IMG/VR virus record: IMGVR_UViG_3300037634_004491 | Coordinates: 1-25,274 of that record | Reading direction: 5' to 3' (one strand) | Length of the DNA stretch: 25,274 bases | Source of the DNA: a virus | Taxonomy: Duplodnaviria; Caudoviricetes | Shown here: piece after piece, positions 1 through 7,215 of the stretch | Position numbering within the stretch: position 1 is the stretch's first letter | Layout of the letters: each line of letters begins with the position of its first letter | Notes under the pieces: generated by a model | The model's input: only the letters and a program-made list of their open reading frames with translations | Databases searched by the model: none | What the model was told of the DNA's origin: nothing | Position numbers and translations under genes: made by a program

Positions 1-114
1 TTCATTCTAAATATATTAAGAACAATCTCAAAGCATGCTAGATTGTGAACCTTCTCTTCAAACGTGCTTTTGCCATCTTTTGGCATCTTCCATTCAAAAT
101 TCATATTGTCTCCT

Positions 115-396
115 TTAATCAACAAAATATGATACTATAAGCTGGTGTGCGTCTTTCCATATATTAATCCTGTACTTGTTCTGGAACTTCTCATTCCCAA
201 GACTACCTCTTTCAGTATGGTGACCACGGCAGAGTGGTATACAGCTAAAGTCTTTCTTCGTGTTTGTAACTGTACCACCCTTGCCTGCTCCACCCATTCC
301 TCTAGCCTCCAAGTGATCTGGATCTACTGGGAACTTGCCACATACTCTGCAGCCGTTAGAGCGAATGTACTTAATATAGTCTTTGGTGTCAATCAA
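115..396 (-). CDS. HNH-like / DUF968-type Zn-binding putative nuclease
   Basis: CRVCG...DPDHL...GMGG...D..CIPLCRGHHTE pattern typical of phage DUF968/HNHc-like proteins. Confidence 0.65.
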   Translation of the reverse strand: MIDTKDYIKYIRSNGCRVCGKFPVDPDHLEARGMGGAGKGGTVTNTKKDFSCIPLCRGHHTERGSLGNEKFQNKYRINIWKDAHQLIVSYFVD

Positions 397-581
397 AGGC
401 CTAGTCTCGACTCTACTTTCTTAGTTCTAAGTCCGAGCTCATCTAATGCGCTCAACAATCCTTCGACATCATTCTCTGTCTTTTCCATTCTTAATAATAT
501 ATCGTCAATATAAGTCATGCTTATTGCAGGCTCTTTTTTATCAACGCCATTCTTTACTTTAGTTGTAGCCTTTCCAGCCAT
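393..581 (-). CDS. hypothetical protein (C-terminal coiled coil)
   Basis: ORF track; AAGGAG RBS upstream; overlaps start of next gene. Confidence 0.7.
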   Translation of the reverse strand: MAGKATTKVKNGVDKKEPAISMTYIDDILLRMEKTENDVEGLLSALDELGLRTKKVESRLGL

Positions 582-691
582 GTTAATTTCTCCTTATTAG
601 TGTTTTGTTCGTGTATCTTTGCCTCTTTTTCAGACGCAAATTTCTTGCCGTCAGATGTAATCCAGACAGTATCAAGCTCTGTCGTTATCAT
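554..691 (-). CDS. small hypothetical protein (45 aa, MITTELDTVWITSDGKKF...)
   Basis: Translated by hand; AAGGA RBS; fills the gap between neighbours. Confidence 0.55.
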   Translation of the reverse strand: MITTELDTVWITSDGKKFASEKEAKIHEQNTNKEKLTWLERLQLK

Positions 692-727
692 ATTATTCCT
701 TTAAAAGTAGGAGATAAAATTTAAGGA

Positions 728-1126
728 TTATTCTGGAGAGTTCCAGTACTCTATTTCCACCAAACCCTCTTCTGCGTAGACCTTTGTAGCCTCCAGAGCG
801 CAGACGATCGCATCATCTTTCCAAAAAGTACCAGTCAGTGCGTCTAAATAAAATTTAACAATGTTATCTATGTCAGGTTTAGATGTATGTAGCTTAGGTG
901 CATCAGTTTTTAGTAAGTGAGAGTAACGTCCCGTTCTATAGTGAGATTTTGGTCTAGGCATGTTGAATATCATCGAAACAGATAAAGCTCCTTCTAGGGG
1001 GTGTTTTGGCGCAAATTTAGCGCATTCCTCTTTAAACTTAACCTTGTCTTTAGATGATGGGTCATACATGAAGACCTTATTCCCAGCTCTTCTAGCTTTG
1101 TGGCGTTGTTGTGATAGTGGTCTCAT
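728..1126 (-). CDS. rusA: RusA-family Holliday junction resolvase
   Basis: F.MPRPKSH...HTSKPDIDNIVKFYLDAL....WKDDA motif with catalytic Asp residues; start placed at ATG 1126 after GAGG, just past the upstream stop (ORF track extends to 1249). Confidence 0.9.
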   Translation of the reverse strand: MRPLSQQRHKARRAGNKVFMYDPSSKDKVKFKEECAKFAPKHPLEGALSVSMIFNMPRPKSHYRTGRYSHLLKTDAPKLHTSKPDIDNIVKFYLDALTGTFWKDDAIVCALEATKVYAEEGLVEIEYWNSPE

Positions 1127-1127
1127 C

Positions 1128-1499
1128 TTAACCTCTAGAACTCCAGATTGTTGTCTGGGTTTCCTCTTGGGCCTTTCTTTCCTCTGCATACTTGAGGCCT
1201 TCCCTGACTTCGCTTTGCTTTGCTTTTCTTGATTCATACTTCCTTCCACGAGTAGTTGGATAAAGCTCTTGACACTTCCTCCGTGCTCGTCTTATGGTCT
1301 CTGGTCTTGATATAGTGCCCTCGGTTATGTCGTCCAAGTGCTCAAGCCATGTTCTTTGTTTTAAGTTATACTCCATTCCCTTTCTTTTGTACTCATTGTA
1401 ATGAATAACCTTCTGTAAGAGAACGTCGTTATCTCGTGCCTCTTGGTTGCTTTCCAAGACATACTTTACCATTTCAATCATATTGCTAAGGTCAGCCAT
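1128..1499 (-). CDS. hypothetical phage protein
   Basis: 123-aa ORF, coupled to neighbours, PETIRRARRK.QE segment. Confidence 0.7.
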   Translation of the reverse strand: MADLSNMIEMVKYVLESNQEARDNDVLLQKVIHYNEYKRKGMEYNLKQRTWLEHLDDITEGTISRPETIRRARRKCQELYPTTRGRKYESRKAKQSEVREGLKYAEERKAQEETQTTIWSSRG

Positions 1500-1639
1500 T
1501 AAAACTTTTCCTTATATGTGATTGTGGTAACAGTGTCTTTACACCAGCTCAGTATTGCTTGAACCAGTGTTGGGTTAGCGTTCTTTGTTATTACTGCCTT
1601 GGATATCATCTCGTGTACTTTTGCTGTGTCTTGTCTCAT
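1499..1639 (-). CDS. small hypothetical protein
   Basis: GGAG RBS before ATG 1639; stop overlaps next ATG. Confidence 0.5.
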   Translation of the reverse strand: MRQDTAKVHEMISKAVITKNANPTLVQAILSWCKDTVTTITYKEKF

Positions 1640-1763
1640 ACTTACTCCTTTTTTTGTAGTTATCCCAATTCCCTGTGCTCTTGATCCAGTCACAGGCTTC
1701 CTTAAGTTTTAATCTTAGTAAATCATTCTCTCTTTCAATCTTCTCTATCTCAATCAGTCTCAT
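1575..1763 (-). CDS. hypothetical protein
   Basis: ORF track; ATGA overlap with the upstream gene. Confidence 0.55.
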   Translation of the reverse strand: MRLIEIEKIERENDLLRLKLKEACDWIKSTGNWDNYKKRSKYETRHSKSTRDDIQGSNNKER

Positions 1764-2011
1764 TTTTTTCCCTCACATTTTGGACACTCAACTTCTTTTA
1801 ACTTATATGTGGGAAAATCATCATAATATACGGGGACGCGCTTTTTCCCAATAAGTCCGTACTCCCAAGCTATCTCACACTCAGGACACATCGATACTGG
1901 AAAGTCTCCATAACTATAATTGTTTACCTCCCCAGGTGTCTTTTCGGGGGGGTTAAAATAATAATTAGGGATCCACCATGTCCTTTTTTTGTCTTTTTTT
2001 CCCAAATTCAA
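1760..2011 (-). CDS. Zn-finger hypothetical protein
   Basis: CPEC...CPKC pairs. Confidence 0.65.
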   Translation of the reverse strand: MNLGKKDKKRTWWIPNYYFNPPEKTPGEVNNYSYGDFPVSMCPECEIAWEYGLIGKKRVPVYYDDFPTYKLKEVECPKCEGKK

Positions 2012-2358
2012 ACATCGTCTCTCTTTTCCTCCCGTTTGTCAAACTGATAAAATACTTCCATCAACCCAACCACATCTCTTTTTGACATTGTAATATCGTG
2101 CCCATCAATAGTTATATTAATAGAGCTCAGCACAACATTAGGCCGCTTTACAGTGGCCTCTTCTTCATGTAATATCTCGGCCCCCAGTATGGCGGGCTTT
2201 CCTTGTCTTGCCCCCATCTCGGCCATCCTTTCCTTATACTCTTCTATCCATCCTCTTAGCGCTGACAGTGATATGTCATACTTCCTCGCTGTAGCCGAAA
2301 GCGGCTGGCCATTGACACACTCTTTAACTGCTTGATTCTTGAAGCTCTGGTCGTACAT
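2008..2358 (-). CDS. HTH DNA-binding protein (IS3 OrfA / HTH_Tnp_1-like N-terminus)
   Basis: MYDQSFKNQAVKEC..GQPLSATARKYDISLSALRGWI resembles HTH_Tnp_1; likely start ATG 2358 after GAGG. Confidence 0.65.
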   Translation of the reverse strand: MYDQSFKNQAVKECVNGQPLSATARKYDISLSALRGWIEEYKERMAEMGARQGKPAILGAEILHEEEATVKRPNVVLSSINITIDGHDITMSKRDVVGLMEVFYQFDKREEKRDDV

Positions 2359-2548
2359 CTTCGGCCTCCTCGTTTTGTTTTGTAATAAACTCTCTGATCT
2401 TGTCACTGTCGCCATTCATCTCTATATAGTGGGATAGCGTCATAAATAATGTATCAATAGCATGGTTTTGCTTTTGTATTTCCATCATAAGTATATCAGT
2501 CCTCTTCTCTAACTCCCTGTTGTTGCTTGGCTTCCTTTTAGTCTTCAT
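2324..2548 (-). CDS. hypothetical protein
   Basis: ORF track; coiled-coil-like; overlaps neighbours. Confidence 0.6.
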   Translation of the reverse strand: MKTKRKPSNNRELEKRTDILMMEIQKQNHAIDTLFMTLSHYIEMNGDSDKIREFITKQNEEAEDVRPELQESSS

Positions 2549-2792
2549 CTTCTATCCTTGTAAAAAAGCATGGCGTGTTCTCTCCAACATAAGCACCCGC
2601 TGTGTTAAAATAAAAATATTCTACAGCCTCTTCATATGTCATGTCTGTGGCTAATATTTCTATACATTTATCTTTGTCATAACAGGCAATGCTGGGCATG
2701 CCTGCCCTTTCAATGTATCCGACAAGCGCATCATCAAACCCGTCTGCAAACAGCATATCTTCGTTCACCTCAGCTACCGCTTCTCTGTTCAT
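2538..2792 (-). CDS. conserved phage hypothetical protein
   Basis: ADGFDDALVG...YDKDKCIEIL...EEAVEYF.FN..GAYVGENTP resembles a widespread phage hypothetical family; start moved to ATG 2792. Confidence 0.75.
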   Translation of the reverse strand: MNREAVAEVNEDMLFADGFDDALVGYIERAGMPSIACYDKDKCIEILATDMTYEEAVEYFYFNTAGAYVGENTPCFFTRIEDED

Positions 2793-2988
2793 GTAATTTG
2801 TTCCACTTTTTAGCGTTCTTACCACCAGTTTCTCTTCTAGCACACTTCTTACATACATGCAGCTGCCTCCAATCTACCAGTGTAACGCTGTCTGGTGTTG
2901 CAAGGTATTTTTCCCTGCCTCTATGGCCACATATCTGACATGCAAATATATCACTGACACTTACTTTTTCTATATATCTAATTTTCAT
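2770..2988 (-). CDS. Zn-finger hypothetical protein directly downstream of the array
   Basis: CQIC...CKKC; ATG lies inside the last degenerate array repeat. Confidence 0.65.
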   Translation of the reverse strand: MKIRYIEKVSVSDIFACQICGHRGREKYLATPDSVTLVDWRQLHVCKKCARRETGGKNAKKWNKLHEQRSGS

Positions 2989-3604
2989 CGCTTATTGTTT
3001 TTGGGTTGCTCAACATATTTGACTCGCTTCACGATTATGGTGTTCTATTTGCTATTGGCACACTCTGGGTGTATGTTTGTATTCGGTCGCGTGGTTCACT
3101 TGATAAGTGTGGTTGTCTCCATTCCTGTGGTTCACTTTTATCCAACGGTTGTCTAAATTAGGTTGGTTCACTTCATTAAACTGGTTATCTGTACCATTTC
3201 GGTTCACTCTCTCCATGTGGCTGCCTTACAATGGTTGGTTCACTCTTTTCATCTGGATGTCTGCATTTCCCTGATTCACTTATTTGTTCTGGCCTTCTAT
3301 TAGATTTTGGTTCACTTGTATTATTCGGCTGTCTAGGTTTTATTGGCTCACTTGTCAAATGTGGTTGTCTCAATTCTCCTGATTCACTTTTATACCTTGT
3401 TTGCATTATGCGTTCTGGTTCACTCTCACCTTCTGGTTGCCTTTGCATAACTGGTTCACTTGGCTTGTGTGGTCTACTTGCACACATTGGTTCACTAAAC
3501 AAATATGGTTGTCTGTCTGGTAATGGTTCACTTTGCAATAATGGTTGTCATCCTGCCGTTGGTTCACTTGGGATATTTGGATGTCTTTAGGGAAGTGGTA
3601 TTAA
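2984..3604 (-). ncRNA. TIGR-like dual-repeat guide-RNA array, 17 x 36-nt units (9-nt edge repeat AGTGAACCA, 9-nt spacer, 9-nt loop repeat AGACAACCA, 9-nt spacer)
   Basis: Plus strand: TGGTTCACT-like at 3020, 3056, 3092...3560 (16 copies, 10 exact); TGGTTGTCT-like at 3002, 3038...3578 (17 copies); exact 18-nt offset, no indels; partial edge repeats at 3596 and 2984; intervening 9-mers unique. Confidence 0.9.
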
Positions 3605-4476
3605 ACACTATCTCTGCCATGTTTGAGTCCAAGCTTAGCCTCACTATAAGGAGCATGAACTTCCAGTCCCTCAATCTTTCTCCACACTTTATATAGATCT
3701 ATAATAAACATCTTTACCATGTAACGAATACACATGTTATGCTTGTGACCCTTAGACTTATCATCATGGTCAGGAGTATTATTTAATCTATCTTTATAAT
3801 TATCGTACACAGCTCTATATGGATTGTCTTTGACTCCAGCCCTTAAGAATGAGCTTCCGAGAACTCCAACCAGCTTAGTCTTTAAGAATGGATTGAATGA
3901 GATCCCCTTCTTAGTCTTAACCTCACCCTCTCTACTGGTGTACTCAGTATCAATAAGATGCTCTTTCTTTCTACTACGACCCCTGCCGTCTTGAGCTACA
4001 TCAAGCCCTGCATACTTCCATATGCTGGAGGAATACTTTGCCTTCTCTATGTCTATCTCTGAAATAATAACTCCAGCCATAGCTGGCCCTACACCCCTTA
4101 CTCCCTTTAAGAAGTGAGTGTATATCTTATACTCATCCAGCACCTTACCTAGCTGTCTAAAATGCTTTGCCTCGTCCCTCTCTAGCGTGAAGTACTGGTC
4201 AATAAGTACCAGCTCAGTCATGTTAGATATAAGACTATCCCCATTTTTAGAGAATGTTCTAGGCAGTGATGCCATACCATCTGTTATAAGCTTGTACTCA
4301 GCCTTTAAATAGTCGAGCACTTTCTTAGCGTCCTGATCGGCCGCATCTTCTTTTACACTAGGCTCCATGCCCAGCTTTGATTTAAAGTTGGCCACTATAC
4401 GGCCTCCCATCTGTATTCTAAGAGCCTGTATATCATAGGCTCCTCTTACGATTGACTTTAGGTTACTTGTGTTCAT
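3601..4476 (-). CDS. tasA: IS110/Nop-domain RNA-binding protein without a nuclease domain (TasA-like)
   Basis: Helical N-terminus, then FLKGVRGVGPAMAGVIISEI...SSIWKYAGL...FNPFLKTKL...YR..YDNYKDR...H..AIRY-like segment (IS110 Transposase_20/Nop-like); no N-terminal DEDD/RuvC or HNH; adjacent 36-nt array. Symbol assigned from architecture. Confidence 0.82.
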   Translation of the reverse strand: MNTSNLKSIVRGAYDIQALRIQMGGRIVANFKSKLGMEPSVKEDAADQDAKKVLDYLKAEYKLITDGMASLPRTFSKNGDSLISNMTELVLIDQYFTLERDEAKHFRQLGKVLDEYKIYTHFLKGVRGVGPAMAGVIISEIDIEKAKYSSSIWKYAGLDVAQDGRGRSRKKEHLIDTEYTSREGEVKTKKGISFNPFLKTKLVGVLGSSFLRAGVKDNPYRAVYDNYKDRLNNTPDHDDKSKGHKHNMCIRYMVKMFIIDLYKVWRKIEGLEVHAPYSEAKLGLKHGRDSV

Positions 4477-4732
4477 CTCTTTGTTTCCTTTTTTTTAGCG
4501 TTCCGTTTCTTGAGTGCCCATGCTCTCTTAGCTTGAGTATTACTGAGTTGCCACCAAGCTGTTCATAGCGCTTCTCAATTGTGTTTATTAAAGCTTCGGT
4601 TATGGTTGTTCCAGTTATCTCACTCACACTGCCAGCCCCCATCTTATAGTAGTACAATAGTAGCTGTGCATAACTGTTTCTTATAAAGTTCATCCTTGTT
4701 GTTGTACGCTTATTCATTTCTACGCCTTTCAT
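4463..4732 (-). CDS. hypothetical protein overlapping the tasA-like start
   Basis: ORF track; start could be an internal Met. Confidence 0.65.
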   Translation of the reverse strand: MKGVEMNKRTTTRMNFIRNSYAQLLLYYYKMGAGSVSEITGTTITEALINTIEKRYEQLGGNSVILKLREHGHSRNGTLKKRKQRDEHK

Positions 4733-4884
4733 TATAATTGTAGTAGTTTCTTCTGTTTGGCGTATCTCTCAACATTGTACTCTCTCTTGCACTTGTGGCA
4801 CATTGAGGCTCTCGTCAGTGCGTTCTTGTAGAACTGGTCTAAAGACTTGTCTTCCTTGCACCGAGTGCAAACCTTAGTTCTCAT
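4732..4884 (-). CDS. small Zn-ribbon protein (50 aa, MRTKVCTRCKEDK...CHKC)
   Basis: Translated by hand; two CxxC pairs; ATGA/TAATG coupling on both sides. Confidence 0.65.
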   Translation of the reverse strand: MRTKVCTRCKEDKSLDQFYKNALTRASMCHKCKREYNVERYAKQKKLLQL

Positions 4885-5075
4885 TTGCTTGCTAAATCTA
4901 CTAGTTGTTGTAATGGCGGATATTTGCTATAGTCGTTATGATCTGTAAATCCTCCAGAAAATGCCGTCTTTCTTTCAATGCAAGAGGAACATCTACAAAA
5001 TGCTAGTCTTGATTCACATGATAGGCATCCACAGTCATAAAGATGGTTATTTCTATTACATTTAAACGGCTTCAT
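4881..5075 (-). CDS. Cys-rich hypothetical protein
   Basis: ORF track; several Cys pairs. Confidence 0.55.
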   Translation of the reverse strand: MKPFKCNRNNHLYDCGCLSCESRLAFCRCSSCIERKTAFSGGFTDHNDYSKYPPLQQLVDLASK

Positions 5076-5086
5076 TTATAGCTTCT

Positions 5087-5491
5087 CTAATTTTGCTCAA
5101 CCCTGTTCTCCTTATAATATTCTGCGATATCTTTCTTCATAGTATTAATAAAACTGTTTATTGGATCTTCTGACTCCCCACATTCAAGCCACCTATCCCA
5201 AACCCAATCCCTACTATAATATTCCTTTGGATATTCATTATTTTTTAAAACATATTCTTCCATATTTAACTTGTCATTCAACTCGTAGAAATTGTCTTGA
5301 GGAACTCCAAGCAAATCAGCCACTATATCAAGCAGATCTAGCGGGAATATTTCATGTATATCACACTGTCTTCCTAAGGCCTCATCTAGCTTGTCCATTT
5401 TTAAATCGTGTTCTAGTTGTATTTTAAGTAGTGCTGCTATGTGTTTATCTGTCATCATTCTTTCTCCTTTATTAATTTCTTGAGCAGACAT
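5087..5491 (-). CDS. hypothetical protein
   Basis: ORF track; an AGGAG RBS suggests the start is at the internal MMTDK. Confidence 0.65.
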   Translation of the reverse strand: MSAQEINKGERMMTDKHIAALLKIQLEHDLKMDKLDEALGRQCDIHEIFPLDLLDIVADLLGVPQDNFYELNDKLNMEEYVLKNNEYPKEYYSRDWVWDRWLECGESEDPINSFINTMKKDIAEYYKENRVEQN

Positions 5492-5655
5492 TGTTGTGGT
5501 ATGTGCAGGAATGCACGTTGCTATTGCTCATCAAGGCTAACATGGAATGCCTGCTCAATTCTAATGCACCAGCCAGGCGCAGTTTACGCATATCGCGAGG
5601 TTCTACGCCTATATAGCTGGCATCAGGTGTGATAGTGTTTATACTATCCACCATC
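5472..5655 (-). CDS. hypothetical protein (approximate start at MVDSINT)
   Basis: GGAGG RBS before the internal ATG; ORF track extends to 5738. Confidence 0.4.
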
Positions 5656-5727
5656 TCACTCCTCCGTAGAGTATAATAGCCCAAAACAATACGGAAAATA
5701 AGGCTAATATTATATATACCAATGCCC

Positions 5728-5916
5728 TCACTCTTCATCCATTCCCTCTAAAAACACATCAGCAACCCGTGTGTTACCAGTCTGGCTAATAGTCTCAAAG
5801 CCCTTACGGCACTCTTTTATTACAGAGTTGCTCTCTTGAAGTAGTTGTTTTACATGTTCTAGCTCCCTACGAAGTAGCGCTATGTATTCTTTTAGTTTTT
5901 CTTGATCGTTTTCCAA
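5728..5916 (-). CDS. coiled-coil hypothetical protein
   Basis: ORF track. Confidence 0.55.
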   Translation of the reverse strand: MENDQEKLKEYIALLRRELEHVKQLLQESNSVIKECRKGFETISQTGNTRVADVFLEGMDEE

Positions 5917-6730
5917 GGGTTTTTACGAACTCCTTAAACTCGGTTGGGGCTTCCTCTTGGGGTAAAGACTTTCGATCTTCAACCTCCTTACGCCTAGTGT
6001 CAGCCTGTTTAGTTTCTTTATGTTTAGCTTTAGCCTTGTCTTGAAATCTTCTCCATCCATCCTCTAAGAAGAACTTGTTTGGGGCGGCCTTGTACTCATC
6101 ATTGAGTCTTGCATCGCAGTATGTCTTCCACTCTTCCACGCCCATGATGTTTAAAGCCTCAGCTAAAATCTTCCTTGTTTTAGAGGTCACACTCTCGCCC
6201 ATAAGGTTCTCCTCACCTACAAAATACTTATAAAGCCTTGCAATGTGAGATTCGCTTTGAGGGGTATCCGTGTTTATTACATTACCTATACCTTTACCTG
6301 TGGGGCTAGTGAGCCCCTCACTAGGGGCTACACAGCCCCTTATTATTAGACTTTCTTTTAAGGTTAAGGAGTCTTGCTCAGGTAGCACATCAAATATCTC
6401 AGGAAAGGACTGAATTCTATCAGACATAGAAGATATAATACCTTTATGAGCGTTGTTATTAGGGTTTAATGGCAGGTTCTTCTGGTGCTTGATGTATTTC
6501 ATTATCCATATATATCCATCTCTATAGATAACGGATTTAGAGAGGGACGTTACAGCCCCTCTCACATCCTCAATACCAGTGTGAAACTTTATCAATCTCT
6601 CATTAATCTCTAGAAATCCAGCTATATCACACATATCACATAGATATACAAACATAACCTTGTCTTCCATCGTTAATTCAGAGAACCAAACGTCATCCCA
6701 CTTCTTAGTATTTGTAAACTTAACTGCCAC
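5867..6730 (-). CDS. phage replication initiator / replisome-organizer-like protein
   Basis: N-terminus KFTNTKKWDDVWF...KVMFVYLCDMCDIAGF resembles winged-helix phage initiators; central linker carries repeats; follows the SSAP gene. Confidence 0.65.
   Translation of the reverse strand: MAVKFTNTKKWDDVWFSELTMEDKVMFVYLCDMCDIAGFLEINERLIKFHTGIEDVRGAVTSLSKSVIYRDGYIWIMKYIKHQKNLPLNPNNNAHKGIISSMSDRIQSFPEIFDVLPEQDSLTLKESLIIRGCVAPSEGLTSPTGKGIGNVINTDTPQSESHIARLYKYFVGEENLMGESVTSKTRKILAEALNIMGVEEWKTYCDARLNDEYKAAPNKFFLEDGWRRFQDKAKAKHKETKQADTRRKEVEDRKSLPQEEAPTEFKEFVKTLGKRSRKTKRIHSATS
6281..6340. repeat. GGGGCT/AGCCCC inverted repeats, putative origin iterons inside the initiator gene
   Basis: GGGGCTagtgAGCCCC (6302-6317) and AGGGGCTacacAGCCCCT (6323-6340); origin role inferred by analogy with lambda O. 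Confidence 0.55.
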
Positions 6731-7215
6731 TAGAAGGGTATTGCTTCCTCTGGCTCAGCAGGAGTCCTGCTAAGTAGTAGTGTCGTCATTTGAATGACCT
6801 GATCAAGCTTCTGCTCAAGCCTTGCCAACTCCCCATCTGTATTAGATGCTGGCGCTGTAGCCATTTGTGGTGGCATAACAGGGGTGGCAGTCTGTGGAGC
6901 TTGTTGGACTAACTCGTCCTTATTCATGCCGTTGATTTGAAAGAACGGGAAGCCTCCCTTTGGATTCTCCACCTTCTCTATCTTTAAGGGTTTTCCTACC
7001 TTATCTGGCATAACCTTAAGCATCGCATCAAGGGTATCTGAAGCCATAAAATACTGACTACCAGTACATAGCCATTTATGCCAAATAAACGATGTTCCGT
7101 CGTCTTTTGTGGTCTGACCTTCTATAGGGGCTTCTTGTTCTAGGGTTATTAGTTGTGGTATTGGTGATCCGTCGATGTCAGGGTTACTGAACCTTATTTG
7201 TGTTCTGTCTTCCAT
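6730..7215 (-). CDS. hypothetical protein, possibly SSB-like
   Basis: Between SSAP and initiator; Pro/Ala linker and acidic EEAIPF C-terminal tail like SSB tails. Confidence 0.5.
   Translation of the reverse strand: MEDRTQIRFSNPDIDGSPIPQLITLEQEAPIEGQTTKDDGTSFIWHKWLCTGSQYFMASDTLDAMLKVMPDKVGKPLKIEKVENPKGGFPFFQINGMNKDELVQQAPQTATPVMPPQMATAPASNTDGELARLEQKLDQVIQMTTLLLSRTPAEPEEAIPF

Noticed and set aside
3185-3590. ORFs 3185-3538 (-) and 3231-3590 (+) with 12-aa periodic SEP/GSL repeats
   Set aside because: By-product of the 36-nt period (a multiple of 3); open on both strands, no RBS, and stops interrupt the array
2984-3604. CRISPR array
   Set aside because: Repeats and spacers are only 9 nt, two repeat types alternate, and there are no cas genes
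3601-4476. Active IS110 insertion sequence
   Set aside because: No DEDD domain, gene is coupled into a phage operon, and it is followed by a multi-unit array rather than a single bridge-RNA end
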